Origin: Antedon mediterranea
Lineage: Eukaryota; Animalia; Echinodermata
Direction of reading: 5' to 3'
Assembly (NCBI RefSeq): GCF_964355755.1
Contig: NC_092674.1
Span: forward strand, 12,028,001-12,092,000
DNA length: 64,000 nucleotides
Shown here in pieces: positions 28,301-43,300 of this stretch (position 1 is its first letter; each line of letters opens with the position of its first letter). The notes beneath the pieces were generated by a model. That model was not told the DNA's origin and did no database searches. It was given only the letters and a program-made list of their open reading frames with translations. Position numbers and translations under genes: made by a program.

Positions 28301-31300
28301 GTTTGGTCGTTCAATTCCCTATAAACAAAAACACGAATTGTTTTGATATGTTTGTTGTGTATTGAAAAAAATAATATATATTTACATTTAAACTGATTTG
28401 CGATACTTTTGTTTTTTTCATTATACAAAGTTACAACATTGATTTGAAAAAGTATAAATGAAAAAAAAAACACTAAAACAATGACAAAAAGTGGAAGCGT
28501 CAAGTAAATCAATAAAACATGCCAAAAAAAAGAAAGAAAAACAGATTTAGGTTAAAAAACCGGTCAAAAAATAATGAATTTAATCTTAATTATACTATCT
28601 TATCTAACTGTACACGGCGTATAAACTAGGAAGTAGAAAAATATAATAACTAAATTACGAAATAACTCAGAAAAAATTGAATTTAAAAAAAAACACTTGC
28701 ATCTAGATATGAAGCATTGATATAATCGGATCCGGTAACGATTTCTACAGAATGCAAAATAACTCGGGAATGATCATCTGAAACGAGATATAATATTAAT
28801 TATTGTTATTAGTTAATGAATCCAATTGGATCTTTTATCAAGGTGATGAATAAACCGAATATTACATTAGAAAGAGTGATAAAAGTATAGATGGATGGAT
28901 TTTGGGAAAAAAAATTGGAATTTATTAAGTACTGCTAGAAAAAAAGATAATAGTACAGAAAGGATTAAGTAGAGACTTGATATAACTACCGTAATAATTC
29001 GATGGTTGGAAAATAAAGAATAAGATAAGGAAAATTGTTCTCTTTACTTTCGCTGCCGATAAAGAATATTTACATTGGTGTAGATTAGTAGGCACTAAAA
29101 TCATACATACAAAAATTACAATAAAAAATAATATAATACATGGTATGAACATTATAATCAATAATAGGTATTAAAATAGATATACACTCACATGGAATAA
29201 TGTCATCGCATCTGTTTTTTGCCTTGTTTACAGAGCTCTTAGCTTCAATCCATTTATGAAGTTGTTGATCACCAAGGTTCTTAAAAAGAAACATTGCTAT
29301 TCTTTTAGGATTATGATTGAAAGTATACGATTTATTATGATACTAATAATAATATGACAAGGTGATGTTTTATCCACCTGCCATTAGCAATGTTTTCTCT
29401 TTTTCTGTCACATGGTTAATCAATTGTATTTAAACTAACGTTTACATTCAGCAGAACTAGATTGAGATCCGCAACCAAGAAATCCAGACTATTGTTGGAT
29501 TTGTTTCCGGATACCTCAATTTGCATTTAACTGTTCATTCAGATAGAAAGGTAAACAACAAACCTCAAAATCTTTCTCAAAGCCGTTTATTGGATCAACA
29601 TTTTTTGACAAGACGTACGATGGAAGATCATGTATTGCTATTCCAAGTAGGCTTTTGTTGCTTGGTTCCAAGTCTAATGATTTGTTAAAAATATCTTCAT
29701 GATATTTTGATTTATTTGTTTTATTAGCTGAAGCTTTACCTGGAAATTGACCTTATAAAGTATAATATGTTGTTTTAAAGTTTTTCTAAATATTAATATA
29801 TTTAGTAATATAAATTGCTGGCGTCGTGCACTAAAAATATAGTACTATGGTAAGTAGAGGGTTTCTAATCTTATCCATCCATGCTGAATAATTAAAAACA
29901 CTAAAGCATAAAACGATTCTATAATAAATTAAATCTTAGTAAAATGATTTTCAAGAAAAAAAATTCCCGATCGTAACATCAGTCCTGTAGGCCTACAGTA
30001 TTGTATAAAACCAACCTAAATAATAATGTTGTGTATGGTTAAAAGCTAGGAAAAATATATATCACAATTCATAAATTCATTTTCTATTTTATTGCAGCAC
30101 TAAAAATTCGACTTACTTGGCTCGTTATAATATATGCTTTCAATCTTAGTTGCAGTGCTCTTGGTTGTTTTCGGCAGATGTAGAGGGTTATAGTTGCCAA
30201 GTTCCTTAACAAAAATCGTATAAAAGATTAAGCTTGGTTCGCACTTGTTCGCAAAGCAATGACGTATGCGCAATGCTAATGAGTTGACCAATCAGAAGCG
30301 ACAGTTCGAATAATCCAACTCATCGTGATTGGTTAATTACTAACTGCGTATGTCCTCACGTTGCTTTCAAGTGGGAACCAATCGCCATTATAATGCTAAT
30401 TGTCACAAAACATGTATGTTTTTTAATAATAAAACCAACATGTAAAATAACATTAATTAAGATTTTAGGGAGTAGAATGGTGACACGTAAAAACGCAATG
30501 TATGCAATCGAACTGGCGTTTTCCCATTTTTTTTAAAAGTAAATATATACATGGATTAAATTGCGAAAGGATACGCATCGACGGTAACATCATAAAAAGA
30601 GTTTCCAACGCGCTAGCCTATGCTAAAGCACTGCCACCAATAAACAAACATTATGTTTAAACAATAATTATTGCGTTTTCTGCGAATATACTGCTGGCAC
30701 GTAAACATAGATATATTTTTAAATATAATTACTTAAACATGAAGTCTTTATTATTATTTTCGATTGAGAAACTCAATAAACAGTTTTATTTGTAATATTT
30801 AAATGTACTATTAAATTTACTATTTTACCTCGTAAAAGTTATCAGAATCGTCGATTGTCTGATTGATAACTTCAGGTGAACGATTGCTGGGAATTGTCGG
30901 TTCCAAGTATATATCATTGTTGGAAATAACTATATCATTGTGTACAGTTCTTTCTGTCTCTTCAACAGTTGCAACTAAAAAAGTAACATACAGAACATTC
31001 TATGAATTGATGAGACGATTGTATGATTTGAAATTATCAGTGATACAATTGAGCATAGTATACAGGCCTACAGATGCCGAATAATAATTAATAAACCTAT
31101 TACTTTATGTAGTATTATCAATCTTTTCTTCATGCGCTTAGCAATTTTATACGTAAATTTTCAAATAAATTGTATCCTCGCTCGCTAATCTGGGATTAGC
31201 TGGCCAGTTTTGATACGTCACTAACCGTTCCACTAGCGCTCGTTTTTTAAGAAGACGCCTGCCATACTTCAACGTACATGCGCTCTGTCGGTAAAAAGAG

Positions 31301-34300
31301 ATGGAACATCTGATGTCAGACTGATGCATATTATTGTGCTATTTTATCCATGATTTATCTAACCTTTTCTGTTTGGTTTTTGATTTGAAATAAGTTCAAT
31401 ATCTTTCGCTGTAGCTTCTTGGTAGAAACGTGCACACAGCTGATACTTTCTGAAAAATTAGAGTAAATACATACAGTTAGGTTTATTTTAAAAGGTATAG
31501 CCGTTAAGATAATTGAATTTAGATTTTCTGTTGTCACCTTCTGTATACATAGGAATGTTCTAGTTATGTAACTATTAACCTATGACCAATAATAATACTT
31601 TATTAGTTATTAATAAATAATTCTTATAATGTTACAATGTTCACATTCACAATTCCCGTTTAATGACTTGGGCACTAACGGAAATAAATGTGTGAAGCAC
31701 AGTGTTCTGTCGTTAGATAACATTGAATCTACGAATTTGTTTAACACTGCCACTAGAATATTATGTTAAGTGCATACCTTTTCTTAATCAAAACTATCGT
31801 GATAAGTATGGCAATCAAGCAAGCTACAGATCCAGTAACTGATCCTATAATAACACCTAGGCCTACAGTAAGAAAAATATATATTGTGCTAATGACCAAT
31901 GTGTACATGTATGCTATAATATCGCATACAAATAATTTCCAGTTTAATGTACAGTGCATTCCCCGAAAATGAAATAACAATGAAAATGAATATTAATAAC
32001 AATAGTATTACACTTACCACTCCAGTAACTATATAGTATTTACACAAACTAGTTATGTAAGTTTTTAAATTATTTTACATTTTCCTATTGTTGCTCCACA
32101 AATAAATTTGTCTGCGTCAAGGATTTGACAAGAAGGTATTGCAACTATTTTTAATTTCTTCAAAATCAGACAACGGAAACTTCCCTTGCTTACGACCGTA
32201 TTTTAAAGTTGATATTAATATTTAATAAACTATGAAAACATTAAAAAAATGTAAAATTACGTTAATCTATAGAATATCTAATAATGCATTTGACCATGTA
32301 TGTCTTTACCGTGTGCGGTGGTGTGCAGTGCAAAAATGTTGTTAATTATATGGATAAAGAATGCAAACAAATTTGATTTTTTAGTTTAAAAAAATAGCAC
32401 AGTAATTAAAATCGGCACACACCTGTATTTGGTGATTCTAATGTTGTTATACTCGTTTCCTCTGAAAAGTTGCCATACCCTTTTAATGTCATTGCTGCTA
32501 CCTATTTAACAATTAAACAATATAAATTATAAAACCAATAAATGATACAAAGCCATATTTTACAATGTTTAATTTATAGTCTTACAATTCAAAATTGTAA
32601 ATAAATGTGATGTATGCTTCAGATTAACCTGGTACTGCTAATCGTATAGATAATTAATTTGGGTTAGAAACATTCTATTTTTAGAAAGAGGATGGCCTGT
32701 TTGACCTTTTGGAACTGGCATCTTTTCCCTTAATATTTCAAGTAAATGAACAGGTCTTTTTTTTTTGTCAACAGGTATGTTTCTAAATCAACTTACTTTT
32801 ACCAAGTAAATAGTATTTGGAAGAACGTCATCTTGTATTTCTATGTTCTGTGCTGTAGTTGTCTTAAACATCTCCTCAGTGTTATCCGAAGTTATAGAGA
32901 TATTGTACAACTCAACTTTACAAGAATTTATAGAAGATGGAGACCATTCTAACGTAATAGACAAGTGTGTAGATGACGTTTTAGTTATAGTTGGTATCCC
33001 TGGAACTAAAAAGAAGAATATTAATTTGATATATGCATACTGTAAATACGATAAATACTGTACATGACATTAAAAATAACAAACTATTATTATCATATCA
33101 TTATAATTTTTAAATATTTTGTATCGGAAAATAGAGTTTATAATCAATTTAGCAAGGGCGTTTTTTCTAAACATACATGCGGTCAGTGTTGTCATTTTCG
33201 TTTTGTCGGCGGGACCAGTGATGTTTTCAAATGATGCAGATACTTCAAATGTATAAGTAGTACATGGTTGTATATCGTTGTCAAATAGAAGCTGCGTTTC
33301 TTCCGTAGTTCCTATTTGATGATTTTCATTTTCTGTGCTGAGTGAGTAATGATACATTATCTTATCTTCAACTTCTTTGCTACATCTTGATTCACCCCAT
33401 GGTATAATAATTGATAGTTCCTCAACTGTGTGTTCTTGTAACTTGACATCTACATAATATGATTGTATATGTTATCATTATCCATTGTATCAATATTCTA
33501 TTCTACGATATTTCAGACTCATTCCCTCCAGATATAAAAATCAAAAATTGAAAATATAGTAGAAAGGAGACTTTATAACATGGGTGCGATCGATTACTAT
33601 ATAATAATACATAAACTTTTATTCTTAGCATAGAGAATTTGATTATCTGACTATGCTTCAATCCGTGCAACTAATCACAATTATAAACACTAATTCTGAA
33701 TAATCTATTTTATTGTGATTGGTTGTGGGGTAATGAGACAAATCAAATTTAGTGGAAAAACAGGGCTTTAAAAAAGGTATATCAACGACCAGTTATGCTT
33801 ATTAAGTGTGACCTGTGTCTTGAGATACATAGCCTACCTGACGGTGCTGTTATTTGTTTATATGCCTCACTCCATGGTCCAATAAAATGTTCATTATTAA
33901 CTAATCTTGCTTTAAAACTGTATTCAATGCATTCCGATAGATTTTGAAAATTCAAAGAAATCTCGCTATCTGTTTCATTGGATATGTTTATTTCCGCATT
34001 TGGTAATTTAACTTGAGCTTGATAAAGTATAATGTCGTCACATTGAATGTTCTCAATACTGTCATCAGCCACCTGTAATATTAATCAGAAGCCTACCGAA
34101 TAATTTTTCATTTTGCAACCATTAGTTTTCATTTGAATTTGAATAAAATGTTTTTCTGCTGCATACTTACCTATGTAAGACGATAAATGCAAACTCGTTT
34201 CTTTACGTTTTGAGGCAAGAGATTCGTAAGCGCTTATGATAAATATTTGAACTGATGTTATTTTTCTTGTTATAGTTGATGGTACTGGTACTAATTACCA

Positions 34301-37300
34301 TTTGTGTTGGTTTAAAAACAATATAAAATAAAACAGTTTACGTTTACCTGAATATTGATCCCAATTTCATTTCCAGAAACAGACGTGAATAACACGTTCG
34401 GCGAAATCATTGGTTCTATACATAAAACAATAGGCATTAAACAAATGTTACAGTATTAATACAAAAACATAAACTGCTATACTGCTTCATGCATAATGCA
34501 TAAGGCATTATTATAAGCCATTCTATTATAGATATACGTTTGTCATCAAGTCAATAATAAAATATAAATATTTATTAGTAAAAGTAAAAGGAAAAAGGCA
34601 AATGAAACTAGCCATAATCACATAATTCTCTTGTTCTTCATAGTATACCATTTTTTTATATATAATAATGTTGATCCTCATATATTTATGAAGATGAGGC
34701 TACAAAAAATATAATTAAGTAAGAAATAGATACGTTATATGTTTACCTGAGCAAACTGTTTGCGTTATCCCGTGTGGACTTGATGGACCAGTAGATTCTG
34801 TATTATAAACGTTTCTTGAATGTCGAGCGTAAAATACAATATTGTCATTGAGTTCAAGTCCGGTTAAATTCACAATGTTAGTATTTCTGCTATATACAAC
34901 TGACCATTTGCTATCTTTACTCAATCTGTACCAAAGTTGATGTTCTGTGATGATTCCTGTCCCATAATCTTCACCATAGATCCAGTTTACGTCAAAAGAA
35001 ATGGATGTAGCGATCTGTTTAATGACTCTTGGTGGTTCTCTCAGGTAAGGTAAAGCTTAATGATAATATAAAAGAAGTGGTGAAATTGCCCAAAATGAAA
35101 AATGCATTACACATACACAAAATCATTAGACTGGAAACAAATCAAATATGCGTCCATTAAAATATTTATATTATTTGTTAATTGTTTAGATCAATTATTT
35201 TAACCAAGCCAAATCGACGTTATTCTGTATATTTTTATATTTCACCATCATTTGGATTATATTAGAACTTAGTAAATAACTAAAGAATATGCATACCGAT
35301 ACTGCAGTTGGGTCCAGCCCATGCTTCATCACATCCATTATCACAACTTCCATCATCACGATTACAAGTATCAGAGTTATTGCAATGACATGGGTAGTTG
35401 CACAATTCTCCGAAGTAACCCATCGGACATGGCTTTGTTGATAATATAGCTTTAAAAAAACACGTCTACAATATCAACCAGTAAACACCCGACAAGCGAC
35501 ACAATAGTGACTAGTTCAGTTCAAATGTTAAGGTATATTGTAACGTATTAAGCTACAAAACAAAACAAACTAACTTTATCTCTTTTAAAAAGGTTCATTT
35601 CACAAAAATACAAATACCTTGGCATTGTGGTCCTTCATATCCTTCAAAGCAACTCGATGTAGAGTTACAACCTGTTGTTTTGTCACAATTGTCACAATTA
35701 CATTTCATGTTGCATCCGGAACCATAAAATCCAGCAGGACAATCTTAATACAAACACGTTAATTTACATTCGTAAGCAGAAGATAAACATGAATATAACG
35801 TTTTGTTAAACAGGGAAGAGAAGAGAGGCCTTTAAAAACAAAACAACCGAGACGCCGACATTTTCCTGAATATTCATATTAAACTTTACAGTTAAATTAA
35901 AAATTATTTGAAGTATTGATGAATTCAATTTAACTAAATTCAAGTTTATTCATCGTACAATATTAAAATAGGAAAAAATATTCAAATAGGAAAATTGATA
36001 AAAATTAAACAGACACAAACAAAGTTCAAACTTGCTTACAACAACTATTATTTTAACCCTATCTCTATTCAGGCAACACCCATGTAAAAGAGAGGGGTGC
36101 CACTTAATAGGTGTTATACTGTAATGAATTCATGATGATATGCATATAATAGGATAAATATACGGGATGTAATATCAATCTTGTTCAGAAACATATTAAT
36201 ATTTGTGTTTCAGATTATTATATGTTATCTTATGTTACTGTTCAATTTATAGCAAGCATGCATTTAATAAGATTGATATTATTGTTGCTATACATTAAAG
36301 ACATTAGAAATTACTTACCTTCACTACAATCTAATCCTTGGTATCCAGCAGTACAGCTGCAGCCAACAGGATCTGGAGGACATACCAATTTACCTCTGCA
36401 AGAGTGTATATAGCTGATAGAGCACCTAATGCCACAACCACGGCCCCACAGACTATAGCCGCATGCTATGAAGAAAAATGGTCGTGCCCACAAATGGTTC
36501 TCGAATATACAGTAATTTCAGCGTAAAAAATAAAAACTAGCGATTTCAAATGTACGTATCGCAGCACTATAATAATGTCGTTGATAGGAACGAATACATA
36601 GACACGGTGATGTTTTACACTAATCCCCAAACTGTTCAGACACACATTCTTTTAGCGTCTAATGCTATGGGTCTGAACAAGGCCTGACAGATTTGAATGT
36701 TCCATTCATCGCCAATCAATACTTTTGTATAAACTTAGGGCCTGTTCAGACATACGGAGGTATGCTTTCGTATTGTACGCAACGTACAACTCCATAGGTC
36801 TGAACCAGGAAAAGATTAGTGGAAGCCACCTCGTACGAAACTGATTACGTTACGACAGCTCAAGATACAATTTCAATTTCAATTCAACTTTATTTAAGAC
36901 AAACTGTCCATATGAAACATATAAATACAATAAAAAATAATACAAAGCATTATTTGACAACCGTCATGGAAAGAGGACTAATAAGTATTTGTTGACATAT
37001 AGTGCATCTTAAAATACATATGGATTATGTTTTGGGATTTATTGGATTTACAGGATTAGTGAACTCCGCTTACGAAACGAAAGTCATGCATCAACGATTT
37101 TGACTTGTACCCAATTAAATTTACTACTGCATACCAGATGTTCACCCAAATCGGTGACAATTCAGTTTGAAACGAAAGCATTAGGTAGGCAAATCTGAAC
37201 ACTTTGCTGTTACGCCGACGCTAATTATAATATGACATTGCTTGCGATACAAAAGCATAACTCCATGGACCCTTATGTAAATTCTATTAAAATAGCATTT

Positions 37301-40300
37301 TTTCAAATAAAGTCGATTTGTCGTCAACATTATAATGCTATACTTACTCGACCTGTTTAACCGATTTTCAGCTATTAAAAAACAATTATTGTAGAAGGAG
37401 GTAGAATGCCAAGCATCCTCGTTTTATTGTGTGTGTGTGTGTGTGTTTTTTTTTTCAAGATGGACATCCATTAGACAGTGTATACCACGATCGGAAAACA
37501 TCTTTATTTGGGGGTAAATCGTTGAACCAAAATTCTTTTTAATTGTCAATAACAAATTATCTAACTCAACATAATTAGCAAACATGGTTAAATCAGGTGG
37601 TTAAAATCAGTACCGAGATTTTAACCAACTTTATATACCATCGAGTAAACATTCTAGAAGTAACGCGCGATTTACCGAATTTTGCCCTTACGTAAATTTA
37701 TATATTAGACCATGGGCTGAACACTGAAAAATGGCTTAGTTGTTTAATATCGTGGCACCCGTCTGGCAGCTACCTCATTTTTTGCAGAATTTTTCTACAC
37801 ATATATCTTATCATAAAAACCAAACTCGCCAGTGAAAAAAGTTGCACATTAATTAATTAGAACGATTTTAAGATTATTAATAAAAAAACATGCGCCCTCT
37901 ATTGCCAAAATGTAAAACTCCCTATTCTTTTGCATTATACAATATCTATGTTTGCCAAAAGAGGGCGCATTTTTATAAATTAAATAAGCTCACAATACTG
38001 TACCTGTATCTGTATAGCAAATACAGTAGTGAGACATAGCAGTACCACAGATATTGTATTATATTACATTGGAAGTTGTTGATTTTGTATCAAAACGTTT
38101 TAAATTATAAAATAGAGTATGTATCAAAACGTTATAAATTATAAAATAGAGTATGTATCAAAATATTATAAATTATAAAATAGAGTGGAAACGTGATTGA
38201 AAAGGATTATTTTATATCAATTTTAAACAACAAACATGATTTGATTTGATTTGATTTATTTCGGCATCAGTACATAAAATATCACAGACATACAATTAAA
38301 ATTAGCAAATATAAAAATACCAAAATAAAACAAGGATGCCAAGGATAACTCATAAAAGTCCTCTACGAACTTGTTTCCAATGAGGTCCTTTGAAAGAACA
38401 GCAAAAAGACAAACAATGCAACATATAACAATTACAAAAAACAGCAAAATAGGACTATCGAAAAAAGAAGAAGCGCTTATTAAATAGTTTCTAGAGCTAG
38501 TGAACGTTCATGTAGATACTTTTTAACTTTACTTTTATGTCAATGTATTGCGTGTATAATAATTGTAAAATACTATAGACAACCTTTATTTATATACTCA
38601 TCACATTTATTAGAGACTTGGTAACATAAATACTATATACCAAGTTACAATTATCACAAAATTAATAAATTTTACTTGGATATTGCATATATTATTACAG
38701 GATATTACGAACAGTTTTTTAAAAACACCATCAAAAAGATATGTTATGTATAGCATGTTAATTTTTTATGATAATATATTTATTATTAGTAATATTTATT
38801 TCTACACAAATAAAAGAACATTATTAGGTGAATATCAATTTAACATGAGTTGCTAAAATGTATAAAGTAATCATAATTAGCTATGAAGTACAATGCATTA
38901 CTTACAATATATTGGTAAAAATGTCGTTAGTAATATTAAAGTACAAGATATATGGAAACAAAATCAATAGATATAATATTATATATATTTTTTTGTAATT
39001 TGTTAATGCTATATAATATTTCCTAATTAAATTATTTTTCCCAGCAATCAAAGGCAGAGTTAAACCATTAACTGACTGTTGATCTGAAATTTCTTAGATT
39101 GGTAGATACGGTACTTGCACTGTAAAATAAAAGACATAATGTTACGAATAAGATGACATGAGTTGTCTGTGATCAGCTGAATTGTGAACTTAACAAGTAT
39201 AGTAACAATTCACCTGATAACAAGGACTATAGTGATAATAATTTTTTATTTTGTATGAAAAATATAAAGGAAACATATAGGATAATGGAAGTACTGTAGA
39301 TCATGTTTTTATGTGAACTGTATGTACTTACACTGTACAGTAAATATAACTGCAAACTACTTTTTTTTGTCATTGTCACTGAATCTGTATTCTTCAGCTC
39401 TTTAAATTCAAGATGTTGTGGAATTCTTGTTGACTTTCTTGGAAAAAAAAAGAATAACGTTACAAAATATAGGTAGACTTAGAGGTCTAAAGCTAGTCTC
39501 AATCTGTCAATGTTGAAATCAGTCAATGTTGAATGACATGATGACCACCAACTTAGCTGTATTATAACTATTAACACCATGGCATTATTGTGATTTATTC
39601 TAGGCATACCCAAGGCCTAGAATCAATCACAATAATGCCATGCTAGTAGGCCCTAGTACTGTACCTAGGCCTACTAGAGGCTAGTTAGGTAGGCCTATAA
39701 ATAATATACATTATTATAATAACAGTATTAACATGAACAAATAGGCCTATATATAAAATAGCTGTAAAAATTACACACTCTTTTGTAGGCTTACCTAGTA
39801 GAAGGCAAATAGAGTACTGCTTGTTAACCATCTTCCAATCGAATAGGGTGCCTCTCTCTAGCAAGTAAGGTAGGATTAGCTAGGCCTAGTAGGCTAGCCC
39901 TTATCACTCTGCTGGTGGTGGCATGATGGAGTGAAGTCAAAATGCATAACATTTAGTAGGTAGCTTCCACCATGCGTAACATTTTTAAAATTTAGCGTGT
40001 GTTGCTGCTGCTAGTTTTATAAACTTTTTCACAGAGTTAGATACGTCAATACAACACTAATGTAATATAATGATATACTTTTATAATTAAGAAATTGACC
40101 TTTGTATCAGAATTCAAATAAGTTCACAAACTTAACACAGAAAGTCCAGAGGAGAGTTTTTCCAGATGTTTTAATGACCATTTAGTTTACAATCGAATCA
40201 CTAAAGAATAACTTTGTGACTGTTCCCATCGTAAAACAATTAGATATTGACAGTTTATAGCAGAGATTAGACAGGGCCAATTCATCATTGTAACCTCCCC

Positions 40301-43300
40301 AGATAAGATCAATCACTTCTTAGTTAAACACCCCTGGATCAACTTAGGACCAATCGTTACCATCACAGATTACGTAGTGACATATGCAAATGAACCAAAG
40401 CCAATATACCCCCAAGTTTCAGAAGAGCACAGACACACCTTACAGCCACCTCACGGAGCACACACCTTACAGCCACTTCACGGAGCACACACCTTACAGC
40501 CACCTCATGGAGCACACACCTTACAGCCACTTCACGGAGCACACACCTTACAGCCACCTCACGGAGCACACACCTTACAGCCACCTCACGGAGCACACAC
40601 CTTACAGCCACTTCTTCAGAAGCAGACCTACACACTTCACACCTCACCGAAAGCATCACTGATCCTCCGTTCCTTATCTATACTTATAGTTGTATATTGT
40701 ACTGAAGTATTATACTGAATAAACAATATGTGTTACGACAGTTAAGCGAGTAAGAGTCTTCATTAGTACCTCAACACAACACTATATTACACTAATTCGG
40801 CATATTATATCATAAAAGTCACAAAGATTAGGCCTACAACATGTGTGTGACCGTCTACTAGCCTAGTGTTTTTTTTTTTTTTTGATACCAAGCTAGTACC
40901 GAATAGCTATATCAGAAGGCTTCTCATTGGTCAACATTTAATAAAACTCTCCAAACGCATATGGAAGCTTATTCGTGATTGGCTTATAATTTATATTCAA
41001 CAACTCATAATTTGTTCCTAATTTGTAATTTTTTACAAAAACAGTGCCTTATTGGCGATGGCAAGTTTATGATTAATGTTGTAAATATTATTTTGAAACG
41101 TTATATGTAAAGAATATGTAGTTGCCAGAGGGGGCACCATGAAAAGTAACAATTTTGATGTTCAGCCCATGTCCTATATAGATAAATCAACACAACATTT
41201 AGTTCATTAACCAGTGGTTAAAGAATATTGGCTAATGATAAAATAAGGTTAATGTTAAACGTTTTTTTATCAATTAATTAATCTTTATTTCCATCATAAT
41301 CACCAAAGTAAAAAGAAAAACACAATATTAAGATGGAGGACGTACAACAAAAGCAAAGCCAGAAAAACACAAACAAAGAACAAAGAAAAGACAATTAAAT
41401 AAGATTGCATAGACCACCCACCCACCCCCATGCAAAGCCATAAGTAAACGGATGTGCTTAGAGATCTGCGAGTTTTTTGATTGGCAGACTATTCCAATAT
41501 TTGAGTCCTGTCGAAAATACAGATTGAATGTAGTTTTAGTTTATTCAAAAATATAAAGAAACGTCAACAAATACCTGTTTCGCATTGTGTTCCTTGAAAT
41601 CCAGGTGTACAGATACACAACCCTGTTTTGTCGTCACAAACTCCACCGTTGTAACAAACTGGACAATCCATTTCACAGGCTGGTGGATTCCACTTTGGGG
41701 ATGGGCAATCTGAAATAGTTTTTTGTTTTTTGTTTTTTGTAGCCTGTGGACACTCAAAACACATAACAAAAATATCCCACAATGAATTTACTTTTAACTC
41801 GCAACAAAAATATTGTTAAGTGGGGTGCTTATAGGCACAGGGCAATAATAATATTGTTTATACCCTTTAATAAAGAAAAACACAGAATAGACCTACCAAA
41901 CAAAGGCAATATATTGTATGATCACATAGAAGTAGATTTATGCAGAAAGGAAAATAGGTAGTATTAAAATGCCGAAAAGGTTTATAAAGGTTTTATTGAA
42001 GGATAGCTTATTAAGAATGTTTTCTAAATTTACCAGGTCTACATGGAATATATAATTTCTTTAAGTTGAAAATTGGATGGTGAGTCTACAATTTATTTGC
42101 ATAGAATCATTAAATGAGGTATTCATAAATAATAGCTATGATGAAGCTGTTGTATTTGTCACTACATACTACATAATATTTACATAAAGCAACTATTACA
42201 ATTTTTAAAATGTTAAACATTATGAAATTATAATATTTCAAACAAAATATTTGAGTGTGATATTTAAATAATATAAAGGCGAGAATGCTGATGATACGTT
42301 GTTAGCGTTTTTTCAGTCCTGCTATGCAGAATTGCTACTGGTCTACGTCCAAAAGGATATACTGTTATTAAATATATATACAAACGTCCTCTACAACCCA
42401 ACCCATCCAAGCGTCTTACCTCTTACAATCAGTCTCGTGATCCCGTTATTACCGTCAGGAGCATTACCCTGGAAACATTCGTATACGCCGCCATCTTGTG
42501 CTCGTATATTCTCAATGTTGATTGATAGTGTGTTGTTCCATATGACGTTACCATAATTACGTCTCCATTTGAGACCATCAACTTGTGCTGATGATTCAGC
42601 CTGTATGGTGACAGAATCACCAACGCTAACCGTTATTGTTTTCCTTAAAATATTGATATTAGCTAAAAATGATATTGACAAAAAACATTATCATTAATAT
42701 TATATTTTTTAATATTATTTTTTTTTAATAATTATGTTTATTACCGTACATCATGTATTTGATTATAAACTGTATTACAATAATAAGCAAAATGTATACA
42801 CAAACTGCCTGGCAACTAACATGGTGTCACATTACATTTGTAATTGTCCTACATTATATTTTTTACGGAAGCCCGTTCGGGCCACTAGTTAATTATATTT
42901 TAAGAGCTGTTATATCTGGCGGCTGCCAGTTGTCTAATGTTTATTGAAATTTGTTAATTAATTTTTTTTTGAAATAACATTCATTATCATTAATAATATT
43001 ATTATTAAGCGTTCGGTTTAACAATGCAATGGCATGTTTCACCTGCTTTACGAATTATAACAATTGCCGTTCTTGTGCATACACCTCTTAGTTTTGCTTC
43101 AATTGAAAATACACCAACTTGGTTTGGTATTTTAGTCGAGTCAATAATAACTTGAAGACGATTTAATACCACCGGTGCCATTCTTTCGTCTCTTCCAAAT
43201 CTAGTATCAGCTGGAAAAACGTTCCCATCTAGTGAGGTTGTGTTCCAAGTTATATTTTTTAGTCCTCGTTCGTCATTTAGTATTCCTATTGTAATGTCAG

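Larger units (their letters stand above)
37706..41176. mobile_element. ~3.5-kb non-autonomous or degenerate TIR DNA transposon nested in Helitron copy B
   Basis: Perfect inverted core CATGGGCTGAACA (37711-37723) / TGTTCAGCCCATG (41159-41171), plus subterminal inverted TCTGGCA(G/A)CTAC; no transposase ORF seen. Confidence 0.7.
36481..41182 (-). mobile_element. Non-autonomous Helitron, copy B (3' hairpin lost; 5' end split by a nested TIR element)
   Basis: GTCGTGCCCACAAATGGTTCTC at 36481 matches the family just inside the hairpin; 37270-37705 matches the 5' part of copy A; the last bases TATAGA resume at 41177-41182. Confidence 0.78.

Noticed and set aside
40433-40615. CRISPR-like array or repeat-protein ORFs (40363-40718)
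   Set aside because: Units are head-to-tail with no unique spacers, there are no cas genes and the context is eukaryotic; the ORFs arise from a stop-free 27-bp unit.
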